DNA of 64,000 nt from positions 43,723 through 107,722 of the forward strand of contig CAXXFK010000041.1 in assembly GCA_963663965.2 (NCBI GenBank), given 5' to 3'. A model generated the notes under the pieces. The model was not told where the DNA came from. It ran no database searches and saw only the letters and a list, made by a program, of their open reading frames with translations. Positions 1 through 11,144 of this stretch are shown here, in pieces. Source of the stretch: Sedimentisphaerales bacterium (GTDB lineage: Bacteria; Planctomycetota; Phycisphaerae; Sedimentisphaerales; SM23-30). The position numbers were made by a program, and so were the translations under genes. The number at the start of each line of letters is the position of its first letter. Position 1 is the first letter of the stretch.

Positions 1-1
1 G

Positions 2-1582
2 TGCGGTGATTGTGTACGTTTCTGCCATGAAGTACAGGGTATCGGTGCCATCGACTTTGCCTATCGTGGAGCCGGAGTATCCGTAATGCCGGCTTTTGGA
101 AAAGAACTGAATCAGGTGGAATGTGTCTATTGTGGTCAGTGTGCGCGCGTATGTCCAACTGGCGCGATAACTGTGAAAACAGAAAAAGATCCGGTGTGGT
201 CTGCAATTAACAGCTCTGACATAATGGTTGTCGCACAAATCGCTCCGGCAGTACGCGTGGCGTTAGCGGAACATTTTGGCTTGGAGCCGGGAACGGTTGC
301 GACCGGTCAGATCGTTGCCGCAATGAAACAGATAGGTTTTGATAAAATTTATGACACTTCATTTGCCGCTGATTTGACGGTAATTGAGGAAGGTGCCGAA
401 TTTATCAAGCGATTTGTTTCTGGTGAGACTCTGCCCCAATTTACATCCTGCTGTCCAGCCTGGGTCAAATATGCCGAACAGTATTATCCCAGTCTGCTCA
501 ATCATTTATCCAGTTGTCGTAGTCCCCAGCAGATGTTTGGTTCTCTGGCACGTGAAATACTACCAGGAATGCTGAAAATTGAACCGGAACAATTAACAAT
601 CGTTTCGATCATGCCTTGTTCTGCCAAAAAATATGAAGCACGACGGGAAGAATTCAAACGAGATAACCGGCAGGATGTTGATTATGTGTTGACGACCCAG
701 GAACTGGCCGAAATGATAGAATCGGCCGGTATCGATTTTACTCAATTAGAGCCTGAATCGCTGGATATGCCCATGGGCTTTAAGACCGGAGCCGGAGTCA
801 TCTTCGGAACCAGTGGTGGTGTTAGCGAAGCGGTTTTGCGATATGCGGTGGAACAGGTAAACCAGGTAAAACTGGATGCTTGTGATTTTCGTGAAGTACG
901 TGGTGAAGAAAACATGCGTGAAGCCCGTATTATGCTGGGCGGCAAAGAACTTAGAATTGCCATTGTTCATGGCCTGAAAGAAGCAGGCAAGTTGGCCGAA
1001 CGCGTTACCAGAGGGGATTGTCCTTATCATCTGGTCGAGGTCATGAGTTGCCCGGATGGATGCGTGGGAGGGGCCGGTCAGCCAGTCCCCAAAAACCGCT
1101 CTGTTCGTCAAAAACGCACACGTGGCCTGTATGATACCGATAAAATGATGCAGGTGCATAAGAGCCAGGATAATCCCATGATTCGTAAAGTCTATGAAGA
1201 GACTCTGGGGGAAGCCGGCAGCCATAAAGCGCATAAATTATTGCACACCCACTATCAGTCGCGTCGACGAATTGAAGGTGAGACACTGGATGTAATCACC
1301 GGAAGCCAGAACCAAACGTTAAATGTCAGTGTTTGTGTTGGCACCAGCTGTCATGTTCGAGGTTCCCAGTCGATTCTGAGGCGTTTGATCGACTATGTCG
1401 AGTCAAATGGTTTGTGCGATCGTGTGCAGGTTGAAGCAACGTTTTGCCTTGAACGGTGCGGTCAAGGTCCCAATATCATGATTGGCGATACGATTATTGA
1501 GCACTGTACCCCCGAAAAAGCCATTGAATCCCTGCAATTACGGCTTAAAGAGCATGGTGTAGTCTCTATCCAAAGCAGTTAA
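2..1582 (+). CDS. hydA: [FeFe]-hydrogenase catalytic subunit (group A, HndD/HydA-like), 5'-truncated by the window edge, with a C-terminal thioredoxin-like [2Fe-2S] domain
   Basis: The frame is open from base 2 (CGDCVRFCHEVQGIGAIDF...). It has a ferredoxin motif CVYCGQCARVCP and H-cluster motifs FTSCCPAW, IMPCSAKKYE and EVMSCPDGCVGGAGQP. The C-terminus has VCVGTSCHVRGS...CLERCGQGP. Confidence 0.93.
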   Translation, partial: CGDCVRFCHEVQGIGAIDFAYRGAGVSVMPAFGKELNQVECVYCGQCARVCPTGAITVKTEKDPVWSAINSSDIMVVAQIAPAVRVALAEHFGLEPGTVATGQIVAAMKQIGFDKIYDTSFAADLTVIEEGAEFIKRFVSGETLPQFTSCCPAWVKYAEQYYPSLLNHLSSCRSPQQMFGSLAREILPGMLKIEPEQLTIVSIMPCSAKKYEARREEFKRDNRQDVDYVLTTQELAEMIESAGIDFTQLEPESLDMPMGFKTGAGVIFGTSGGVSEAVLRYAVEQVNQVKLDACDFREVRGEENMREARIMLGGKELRIAIVHGLKEAGKLAERVTRGDCPYHLVEVMSCPDGCVGGAGQPVPKNRSVRQKRTRGLYDTDKMMQVHKSQDNPMIRKVYEETLGEAGSHKAHKLLHTHYQSRRRIEGETLDVITGSQNQTLNVSVCVGTSCHVRGSQSILRRLIDYVESNGLCDRVQVEATFCLERCGQGPNIMIGDTIIEHCTPEKAIESLQLRLKEHGVVSIQSS

Positions 1583-1601
1583 TTAATTCTATTTGTTGAT
1601 T

Positions 1602-3362
1602 ATGAAAGAATTACAGTCAGACAGTTTGGTGATAACCAGTCAGGCTCAATGCCGCGACTGCTATCGATGCTTGCGAGTGTGTCCTGTCAAGGCGATTCGC
1701 CTCAAAGAAGGACAGGCCTCCGTTGATGACCAACTCTGTATTGGCTGTGGTACCTGCATTCGTGAATGCCCTCAACACGCCAAACAATATCGTCGAGATT
1801 TAGACAAAGTCATCGAAATGATTCGTCAAGGGGAAAAAGTGGCTGTATCAATTGCCCCATCAATGGCTGTCGTCTGGTCAGATTGGCGCGTCGGCCGTCT
1901 GGCTTCAGCATTGCGGCGATGCGGATTCCAGTTTATTGCAGAAACAGCCTATGGCGCCAGTCTGGCTGCCCGGCTTACTCAAGATTATTTTGACGATCAT
2001 TCGCCACAAGGCGATATTATGGCGGCTTGTCCGGCGGTCGTTACGTATATCGAAAAATACTTTCCGGAAATGACTGACCGGTTATTACCAATACCTTCGC
2101 CCATGATTGTCCATGGCCGTTTTTTAAAAGATTATCTTGGTCCGGACTGGAAAGTGGTCTTTATTGGTCCCTGTGTGGCTAAAAAAGCGGAAGCCGGGCG
2201 TTCTGAATATGCCGGAGTAATTGATGCGGTAATCACTTTTGAAGAACTACAGGATTGGTTAAATCAGGAAGGAATCGATCTGAAAAACTGTGAAGAAAGC
2301 CCATTTGATCAGCAGGTACCGGGCCCGAGCCGCAATTATCCCTTGCCGGGCGGCGCACTGGCCAGCGCCCTGTTACCTTCAGACTTGTTGTCATCCAATC
2401 ATATTGCCATTAGTGGCGGAGATGCACTGAATGAAGCGCTGGTGGCATTGAAAGATCAAGCGTTGCCGGTTTTGCTGGAACCCCTGTTTTGCCAACATGG
2501 TTGTATTGATGGTCCCGCGTTAGGAACTGAAGATAATCTGCTGGTACGCCGTGCGCGTTTGCTGGATTATACTCAGTCAAAACATGAAGAAAGTTCCTTA
2601 CCAGATAATTATCATAAATACGAATCAGTTGCCTATCATTCACAAAATCATGACCAACCACAGATTACCGAAGATCAAATTCGTGCCATTCTGGAACAAA
2701 CCGGTAAAATCCGTCCTGAAGACCAATTAAACTGTGGCGCTTGCGGTTATAGCAGTTGTCGAGAAAATGCGATAGCCGTTATCCGCGGGATGGCTGAGAT
2801 TGAAATGTGTATGCCCTATATGAGGCGAATGGCTGAACGGAGGACCGACCGGATCATCGAAACGAGTCCCAACGGTATCATCATCCTGGATCACGATCTG
2901 AAAGTGATCAGTATGAATCCATCGTTTCAAACTATGTTCATGTGTTCCGGTTCATTCCTGGGACGCCAGATCGCAGAATTGATCGATCCTGAGCCATTTG
3001 AACGACTGGTGGCGGGTGAAGAGATTGTCGAATCCATTCAAAAGTATGAATCGTATCGATTGATTTGTCAACAGATTTGTTACGCGTTGCGGGAAGAACG
3101 GCAATACGTCGGTATATTCGTGAATATAACTTCCAGTCAACTGAATCAGAAGAAACTGGACAGTTTACGCGCCCAGACCATTCTACAGGCACAGGATTTA
3201 TTAAAGCATCAAATTGAAATGGCACGTCAAATCGCGGGCTTCCTGGGAGAAAGCACCGCCCAGGGAGAGCAATTGGTTGAAAACCTGATGAAACTGGCCC
3301 AGGATGAACCATCGCGTCATGAACGGAAAGCGTCATTATGGGATATCTACACTTCGAAGTAA
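1602..3362 (+). CDS. hydS: Sensory (group C, HydS/HfsB-like) [FeFe]-hydrogenase with Fe-S and PAS domains
   Basis: N-terminal 2x[4Fe-4S] (CRDCYRCLRVCP, CIGCGTCIRECP), divergent H-cluster motifs MAACPAV / IGPCVAKKAE / EPLFCQHGCIDGP, an LNCGACGYSSCRE Fe-S motif, then PAS (IIETSPNGIIILD...MNPSF). ATG at 1602 chosen as start. Confidence 0.88.
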   Translation: MKELQSDSLVITSQAQCRDCYRCLRVCPVKAIRLKEGQASVDDQLCIGCGTCIRECPQHAKQYRRDLDKVIEMIRQGEKVAVSIAPSMAVVWSDWRVGRLASALRRCGFQFIAETAYGASLAARLTQDYFDDHSPQGDIMAACPAVVTYIEKYFPEMTDRLLPIPSPMIVHGRFLKDYLGPDWKVVFIGPCVAKKAEAGRSEYAGVIDAVITFEELQDWLNQEGIDLKNCEESPFDQQVPGPSRNYPLPGGALASALLPSDLLSSNHIAISGGDALNEALVALKDQALPVLLEPLFCQHGCIDGPALGTEDNLLVRRARLLDYTQSKHEESSLPDNYHKYESVAYHSQNHDQPQITEDQIRAILEQTGKIRPEDQLNCGACGYSSCRENAIAVIRGMAEIEMCMPYMRRMAERRTDRIIETSPNGIIILDHDLKVISMNPSFQTMFMCSGSFLGRQIAELIDPEPFERLVAGEEIVESIQKYESYRLICQQICYALREERQYVGIFVNITSSQLNQKKLDSLRAQTILQAQDLLKHQIEMARQIAGFLGESTAQGEQLVENLMKLAQDEPSRHERKASLWDIYTSK

Positions 3363-4486
3363 CCGCGCGTCAACGCAATAAAGGGCACGGCCTGGTCTGT
3401 GGTGATGTCTGGTCCGAACGGAGGACTCCCTTTGCGACAACGGTTATATGTGCCGATGGTATCGGTTCGGGAACCAAGGCTCATATTGCCGCGACCTTGT
3501 GTGTGAGCCGGCTGGATAACTTATTGAATAGCCAGATGTCATTACGGGAGGCCTTTATCCGGGTGGTCCGGACAATGAATCAATGGCGGTCCCCACAGGA
3601 ACCTTATACCGCATTTAGTGTCGCGCGCGCGTTGAATGATGGCCGATGCACGATTTTGAGTTACGACGCTCCCGGCGCCACCTTGTTGAAAGGGCGGGAG
3701 TGGTCTATAATACCCAGACGTGAATTATATGTTGAACAGGTTCAGGTGTTTGAATCGGTATGTCATCTTTCGCCAGGAGATGGATTGCTTCTGGTCAGTG
3801 ACGGCATTACCCAAGCCGGATTGGGGTGTGGATTGAAACAGGGCTGGGAGGAATCGGGAGTTCGACAGTTTTCCATGAACTGGGTACGAACCGGTCACAA
3901 GATGACGGGATTGCCGGATGCCATTATGGAGGAAACGGATCGTATAGCCAACTATGATGTTCGCGATGATCGTACTGTGTTGCTTTTACGGTGTCGGCGG
4001 GGGACGGTGGTTAATATTATGACCGGTCCACCGGGGCAACCGGGACATGACAAGAAGGTTGTTGAACAGTTTTTAAGACAGGGCGGCCTGACAGTCGTTT
4101 GTGGCGCGACAACGGCTAAAATTGTCGCTCAGTATCTGAATCAGAAATTGACAATTCCTGCCAATGAAGATTCCATGGTTGCGCCGCCGCGTTACGAGAT
4201 TAATGGTATTGATCTGGTAACCGAGGGTGCTGTCACATTAAATCAGCTGTACCATATCCTTGACGCCGATCCATCCGATCTGCGGGAAATCAATGGGGTA
4301 ACCGAATTATTCTATCTGGTGCAGGCGGCCGATCGTATTAATCTGACCGTTGGTTTAAGCGCCAATCCAGCCAATCATGATATTTCATTTCGACAGCGCG
4401 GGCTGATTCCCAGGGATCAGATTATCCGGTTATTGATCGAAAAGTTTAAGAAAATGGGGAAAATGGTTTATGTAAAATATGAGTAA
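3338..4486 (+). CDS. SpoIIE/PP2C-family Ser/Thr phosphatase (HfsC-like)
   Basis: Motifs CGD, ICADGIGSG, LLLVSDGITQAG and DDRTV. Overlaps the hydS stop by 25 nt, a typical position for this partner of group C hydrogenases. Confidence 0.88.
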   Translation: MGYLHFEVTARQRNKGHGLVCGDVWSERRTPFATTVICADGIGSGTKAHIAATLCVSRLDNLLNSQMSLREAFIRVVRTMNQWRSPQEPYTAFSVARALNDGRCTILSYDAPGATLLKGREWSIIPRRELYVEQVQVFESVCHLSPGDGLLLVSDGITQAGLGCGLKQGWEESGVRQFSMNWVRTGHKMTGLPDAIMEETDRIANYDVRDDRTVLLLRCRRGTVVNIMTGPPGQPGHDKKVVEQFLRQGGLTVVCGATTAKIVAQYLNQKLTIPANEDSMVAPPRYEINGIDLVTEGAVTLNQLYHILDADPSDLREINGVTELFYLVQAADRINLTVGLSANPANHDISFRQRGLIPRDQIIRLLIEKFKKMGKMVYVKYE

Positions 4487-4514
4487 CTAATTGATATAAA
4501 ATGGATTATGTAGG

Positions 4515-6794
4515 CTATTGGTTTTTGTTGGATAGTTCTTCTATGGCATGGGCCAGTAAGGCCCGGTGGTTTTCTATTTGGGCCGGATCCAGGGTAAAAT
4601 GGGTTAGATCCGCGGTTACTGATTCTGGTACTTCCAGCAAAGATGCGTATTGTTGATAACGGGCAGGAGAAATCTGGCTCTTACGTTCGGCCAGTAACTT
4701 TTTCAACATGGAAAAATATTCATAGTCTTCGATGCCATCACGCAGCATTTCCCAGCGTATCGAATCGACCGGGCCGTCCAGCACCGGTCCGGTCGGATTG
4801 GCGTTGGCGGCGGATTCGGGTGGATAGATAAAGCGGCCATCGCCATTTCCCCAGGGACGTTTTATTCCGGAAGGCGTGCTATAACCGCTGACCCAGCCCA
4901 TGGGATCTTCATAAGGATTTTGCGGTGTATCGGGATAAGCCGCAGAGCTGGTCCAATAGTTGGTTTCCCAGATCAGGATTCCTTCGATTTGGCGTTGCCA
5001 GGTCTGCCAGAGCCAGACTCTCAATTCGGTACCCGGATGGTCAATAAATAGTGTGCAATAGGGCGCCTTGGGACCGGTACAAATATACCACCAGAACCGA
5101 TCTCCAGCCTTAAGACGCTGGGAGGCGCGTTCCGGGTCAAACAGATTCGATATGACACAATAAATGTTGGGGCCACCGTATAGCGCCGGTTCGGGTTGTT
5201 CCGTCAGCATGCGGTCTATGCCGGGACAGGCTGCTTTTAAGCGGTCAAAACCGGCTTTAACAAATGGATATTGATCCGGATCCGGCTCATCGAACCAGTA
5301 AATAAAGGCTTCATCGAGCCATCCGTTTTCTTTCAGGTGCTGCTCAATCTGGCGGGCGTATGAATTGAACAATATCGGATATTCCGGGGTATCCAGGCCG
5401 AAGCCTAACAGAGAAGGCTGAAACAATTCGTGAAACGTACCACCGCCAGTTCCGGGAATATGCAGTTGAAAGGTGTTGAAATGGTAATGATCGATCGCGC
5501 GTTTCATGGCGATATCCCATTGGGCGAAATCGATTCTGGGTGTGAGTTTATCAGGTGGACAGACGAGTTCTTCGCGATGTTCAGGTTCGAAATCTCCCAT
5601 TGAGATGTATTCATCCCCGGTAACAGCATTTTTGAGAGACAGTTCGTCGATCCAGACTAATCCGAGTAATTCGCCTTCATCAGTCCAGCGGGCCGCGCGT
5701 AAATAAAGACGCACCGATTCAGCGTTGGCTGGAAAATTTTTAATCAATTGGTCGAACTGCTGCCATTTGCCATTGCCCTTGATGACGAGGTCGTTGTTGT
5801 GGCCGGAAATCCAATTGCCATTCTGGTCAAAATGATTCAAGGTGATCAGAAAACGATGGTCCGGCAGGGCGGTTCGGTACCAGAAGGATAAACGCAGACC
5901 CTGGGCAGGGATCATTATCTGAGGTTGAAATGCCGTAGTTACATTTAACTGGTTATTGTCATCATAGAGCAGGGCGGAACTCACTCCGGAATGGGATTCA
6001 TTATCGACTAACCGAAGATTGTCCCAGTCTTTATACCGGGAAGCGGGGGGCTTGACATCCGGCCAGGTTACTTGAATGGGATCGAGAGGCGCCGGATTAT
6101 AAGGGGATATGTGGTGGCCGGCAAAAGACTGTAGATATTTATCGAGCACCGCCCGTTTATCGTCTGATTTATCCAGTTTGTGATATCTGAAGACGTTGTT
6201 GGGCGAAAAGCCAAATGCCGATTTACAGGTCATCCGGTCTGGCAGCGTGAAATCAAAAACCTGGATACGTAACGGTATCGGATAGGTTTTGTTTGTTGTC
6301 TTTACAAGAATCTTGACATCATAGGTACCAGCCGGCACCTGTCTGGGGGTCGAGACTCTGATCCAGAAGGGGGAGTTACGGTTTGCCGCAAGAGACAGTG
6401 GTTCTCGAATTGGGGGTAATGGATCCGGCCAGTCGCCGGGTTGAGTACTGCCATCGGTTGCTATTGCGGTTGTTACAAAACGTACCCGCAAGAGTTCCAC
6501 GAAATTGTAATTCATTGGTGATTTGATCTCAAATCTTACATCGGAAAGATCGAGTTTGGGTGTAATAATCAGTTGTACTGCTTCGCTTTCATTACGCGCC
6601 AGAGAAATTGACATGTTTTCTGTTGTTTGGGTTGGCAGGGGGCTGTCGGGTTTTATTTTCCAACCTGAAGAAGCCCACCATAAGGTGGCCTGAGCATCTG
6701 ATTGAGGCAGAGTCTTTCCAACCGGAATACTTTGGGCCAGAAGGGGAGTTACAATGATCATTAATACAGAGAGCGCTTTCCTGATTCTGAACAT
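4515..6794 (-). CDS. Secreted DUF4091 / GH123-like glycoside hydrolase with an inserted CBM-like domain
   Basis: Signal peptide, LARNESEAVQL, WPDPLPP, YWFDEP, WWYIC, GILIW, GDGRFIYP and DSIRWEMLRDGIEDYEY motifs. Confidence 0.8.
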   Translation of the reverse strand: MFRIRKALSVLMIIVTPLLAQSIPVGKTLPQSDAQATLWWASSGWKIKPDSPLPTQTTENMSISLARNESEAVQLIITPKLDLSDVRFEIKSPMNYNFVELLRVRFVTTAIATDGSTQPGDWPDPLPPIREPLSLAANRNSPFWIRVSTPRQVPAGTYDVKILVKTTNKTYPIPLRIQVFDFTLPDRMTCKSAFGFSPNNVFRYHKLDKSDDKRAVLDKYLQSFAGHHISPYNPAPLDPIQVTWPDVKPPASRYKDWDNLRLVDNESHSGVSSALLYDDNNQLNVTTAFQPQIMIPAQGLRLSFWYRTALPDHRFLITLNHFDQNGNWISGHNNDLVIKGNGKWQQFDQLIKNFPANAESVRLYLRAARWTDEGELLGLVWIDELSLKNAVTGDEYISMGDFEPEHREELVCPPDKLTPRIDFAQWDIAMKRAIDHYHFNTFQLHIPGTGGGTFHELFQPSLLGFGLDTPEYPILFNSYARQIEQHLKENGWLDEAFIYWFDEPDPDQYPFVKAGFDRLKAACPGIDRMLTEQPEPALYGGPNIYCVISNLFDPERASQRLKAGDRFWWYICTGPKAPYCTLFIDHPGTELRVWLWQTWQRQIEGILIWETNYWTSSAAYPDTPQNPYEDPMGWVSGYSTPSGIKRPWGNGDGRFIYPPESAANANPTGPVLDGPVDSIRWEMLRDGIEDYEYFSMLKKLLAERKSQISPARYQQYASLLEVPESVTADLTHFTLDPAQIENHRALLAHAIEELSNKNQ

Positions 6795-7018
6795 AACAGG
6801 TATCCTTTCAAGTTGAAAACACCGCAGGCAAACTTATTATTACAAACACATAAGATAGTATTGTTTCGTAGAGGTTAATTGTCGATATCATAAAACCTGG
6901 GCGCAAACTCTGCGGACGGAGGTATATTTATCGTCCATCCGTGAGTAAACAGGCCGAGATGCAGGTCTTCAGGGTACTCTTAATCATTGATACTCGAAAG
7001 CGATCAAACATCAACACA

Positions 7019-10000
7019 TCATCGCGCTAACCAGTATTCGGAAAGCTGAATAATCTCGGTTATATCCGCCCCATCCAGTATCAGCCATTGATTGGATATC
7101 GCTTCATAATCTTCCATGTTCACTCCATAACTACCCGTCGTATCGCCCGGTATATCCCGCTGCCACCAGAGCATGGGGTACCCGCTGGCCTGATAGGGCA
7201 TGTGCCAGATGTTATCAAAATCCCATCCTGCCCCGGTAAAGGTGGCTTTAACCTGCATGGCCTCCGTTAACAGACCTGTCCCGGCTCCGCTATAGGTCAT
7301 ACCTGAAGATTGCATATCCCAAAAACAGGTTTCGCCTGACTCACTGATATTATAGGCGGCCAGTCCGCCCCCGACGCTGCCGGTAACACTGCCGGTTGAG
7401 TAACAGTTAATCATCTGACACCCATATTCATTCGATCCCACCAGCCCGCCCAGCAATTGCCGCCCGGAAATATCACCCTGGGCATAACAATCAACAATGC
7501 TGCTCAATCGATGGTTGGCACTATAGTAGGTATTATTCCCAACCAGACCGCCAATAAACCAGCAATCTCCCGAACAACTTAGATCAACCGTACTGTATGA
7601 TTCCTTAATGGTTCCCCCATAGTTGATCCCCACCAAGCCACCCAGATTATCACACATATCATTCGTTGAAATGGTCCCATTCGAGCCGCATTGCGCAATC
7701 TGGCTATTGGTGTTACCGCCCACCAATCCGCCCACCCAATCCGCCTGCTTTGGACAGGTAATGGCTACCTGGACAGTACAATCCGTAATCGTAGATGAAA
7801 CAGTTTGACCCACCAGACCGCCGATATAATACGCATAATCCCCCGTATGAATACTGACATCAGCCCAACATTTCCTAACATTTCCATAAACCTTATAGCT
7901 GGTGATTCCCCCAATATAATCATCCCCGGTAAGTGTTCCCTGAACCGTACAGTTTTCAATCGTGCCATAAACCATCCCGGCCAGACAACTGATATTATCA
8001 TCCCCGGCCACTGAACAATCCACTAAGTTTAAATTCTTCACTATACCACCTGTGCCAACATAGCCAAACAACCCCAGATAATCATTCCCTTCAGCCACTC
8101 CGTCAATCGTCAAGCCGATAATAGAATAGCCCTGTCCATCAAATGAACCAACAAAAGAATCACCTTGAAAACCGCCAGATGGTGATGTATCTGGGGCAAA
8201 AATTGCGGTATTACTAGCATTTAGCGATAAGTTGATATCATTCATTAAAAGATAGTATTTATTATAATCTTCATTACGGTTGCCTGCATAGAGCAAATCA
8301 TCGATCGAATAAATTCTAAAAGGATCTTCTTTAGTGCCGCTACCTTTTTTCAAGTCTTCAAAGAAGACAAGTTTGGGATATTCTCCAGGCCTTATCATCC
8401 AATAGTCATCAGTTCCATTGATTGATTCTCCAATAAAATCCCAACCGGCGTTCAGGTAGGATTGAACATCCTGCATTTCGGCAGTGGTTTTACCAAATCC
8501 GCCGTCACTGGTGGTTGTGCTGGATGTTTCAATATCCCAAAAACAACCAGTGATAGCTATGCCGGAACTATAGCCACAAAGACCGCCTACTTTTTCGGAA
8601 AATTGTCCGACTGAAATCGGACTGGAAGCATAACAGTTTTTGATCGTTCCGTTATCTTTTTCTCCACAGAAACCGCCAATATATTCTGACCAATCTCCAC
8701 TAGTAACGGAAGCAAGAGAGTAAGAATTTTCAATGGTGCCTTTTGACCATCCGCAGAATCCGCCAATACCACAAGTATGATATCGGCTCCATACTATACC
8801 AGTGGTATAACATTCTGATATGGTTCCCAAATAGTTCCAGCCGCAAAGCCCACCTATAAATTCATAGAGGGAATCGCCACCCTCCTCATATTCCAGATCA
8901 ATTACCGATACCTGAGCTGTGGCGTGACATCGAGAGATTACTGCGCTATTTTCTCCACATAGTCCGCCAACACTTGATTTGCCCTTGATATCGCCAGAAG
9001 CGTCGGAATTTGTTATAATACCCTGTTTCATATTAGTACCGCAAAGTCCGCCTATGGCATAAATGCCCATAACAGTACCATTCGCATAGCAGCCATTAAT
9101 GACACCACGATTATCTCCGCATAATCCACCCAATGGGCCAGATTCATCATCACAATCGCTTATTACAGTGCTTATGGTATCACAATCCCGGATAGTTCCA
9201 TGGTTCTCTCCACATAGCCCCCCAATGTTTTGGGCTAAATTTCCTGTCTCGATTAAACAAGAAATATGACATTGTTCTATGGTTCCATTATTAAAGCCAC
9301 ATAATCCGCCAACGCAATTCGATTCAGGCCCACCAATGATGGTGCAATCTTGGATTTTAATATTTACAATTTGAGCAGAAGAGCCAATATACCCGAACAA
9401 GCCAAGATAAGAAATACTGGAACCAGAAGTATTGATATGCAAGTTGCTTATGGTATGATCCGCGCCATCAAAAACACCATTAAACATTAGTCCGTTAAAC
9501 TGCCAATTGGAGTCCTGGATACTTGGTGCGATCGGGGAATTATTAATATCATGATAAGAAGAGAGGTCAATATCCGCCGTTATAATAAAATACTTATCAT
9601 AATCCAAAGGGTTCTTACCTAATGCAATCAAATCGTTGGCAGTGGCAATCTGATAAGGATCGGTTTCAGTACCAGAACCGCCAGAATATTTTATCGGTGG
9701 CGTATCAAATTTCACAATCCAGCCTTCAATAACACCATCGGGATTAAATCCATTTCCTGAAATCGTTGTGCCATCGTCTGAAATACAATTTGCCTCATAT
9801 AGAGTCCATTCAGTTAAATCTAATCCATATTCAGTTTCAAGAATCGTTTTTAAATTCACCATCCCTGTCTTTTCTGTCCAAAGGAAAGCTTCATGTTCTT
9901 GGTGGTTAATATCGCCTGATACAGTACTATACCCGACGACAATAGAACCATCTCTTGAAACGTCTTGAGCCCAGCTAAAAAACTCACCACCCGGCAAATC

Positions 10001-10745
10001 ACCCAGCCCCGTCATAGTACCATTTTCCCAAATAAAACGCTTCACCAGGCCCCGGCCATATCTCTGTTTTTTGACTGTAACCAACGACAACTTGTCCGTT
10101 AGCAGATATCGCATTGGCACGGCTTTTATTTCCACCCAAATGCCCTAATGGCTTAATACCTTCTGATTCTGTCCAACGAGACGCATAGTTATTACCTCCA
10201 AACATGGCATAGCCAACAATAACAGAGTTATTTTGAGAGATATCTGAGCAATGCCCGATTAATTCCCAGCCAGTTTCAGATTGCCAGAATCCTTTATCAC
10301 TTAAAAGAATAGTACCATCAGCCGATATGCCTGTCACATAATATCCAGCGGAATCCAGCAGGCATGTTGCTTGACCATTATTCCAGATAAAGGGTGTTGA
10401 CCCGCTTGACGATGATACCGAATTCCCTGCTATAATGGCCCCATTAAAGTTACAGGTTTTGGCTTCTGAATGCTGGCGGTTACAAAAATAGCCTAATTCT
10501 TGTATCCCTTCATCAACAGACCAGATAACAGCATATCCAAATGATTGATTGCCTGGTACTTCATACGCTTGACCTACAATAACATTACCATCACCGGAAA
10601 TACCAAAGGCCTGGCTTTGCATGAAATCTGGAATTGCTCCTGGGATATTTCCCATTCTATAAAAACGAGCTTCACTCCAAAGGGAGGAACATAGAATCAG
10701 AGAAACGAAAAAAACAAACCGCATAACAACCGTATTCTTAACCAT
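7019..10745 (-). pseudogene. Large secreted protein (about 1241 aa) with HAF-type extracellular repeats, two GLUG-repeat modules and a dockerin-like C-terminus; split by one frameshift (probably sequencing error)
   Basis: ORFs 9999..10745 and 7019..10135 join by removing one A from the A4 run at 10034-10037 (GEAF|IWENGTMTGLGDLPGG). Signal peptide, SxAxGISxDGxVIVG repeats, GSGTxxDPxxI module starts and many IGGLCGxN repeats. Confidence 0.8.
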
Positions 10746-10787
10746 ATCCAGCTCCTTTATGAGAAAATCGATAAACTTTCCAGCAAT

Positions 10788-11024
10788 CTACCCAATTGCA
10801 ATGATTGCATCTATTTCATCATACCCATTCCGGCCTATTAAATCAATCGTGGTAAATACGGTATATCTGCATTTTTTTAACCTCCTGTTCTGGGGGCAGA
10901 TGAGATCGGTTCCCGTATGTCTAGTTTGATAAAATGGCGGTAAGACCTTTCTAATCTTAAGGTTAGGGCGATATTTTTTCGTATTGGCTTCGTTTGGTTT
11001 TGGGTTGGCAATCGCTGCGCTCAT
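10788..11024 (-). CDS. Small basic hypothetical protein
   Basis: 78-aa ORF with an AAAGGAAA ribosome-binding site before the ATG. No recognisable domain. Confidence 0.3.
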   Translation of the reverse strand: MSAAIANPKPNEANTKKYRPNLKIRKVLPPFYQTRHTGTDLICPQNRRLKKCRYTVFTTIDLIGRNGYDEIDAIIAIG

Positions 11025-11144
11025 GGTTGGTTTCCTTTCTTTGCGAGAAATACTGTCAGTAGCGCCTTGGGGAGGCGGTGGTTAAAATGGAAGTAGGAAG
11101 TAGTATAATTTTCACGCCAATGAATTGGTGGGTTATTCACGGTT

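Noticed and set aside
6830..7010. Possible ncRNA or riboswitch upstream of the DUF4091 gene
   Set aside because: Only a weak GGACG..CGTCC stem is present and no riboswitch consensus was recognised.
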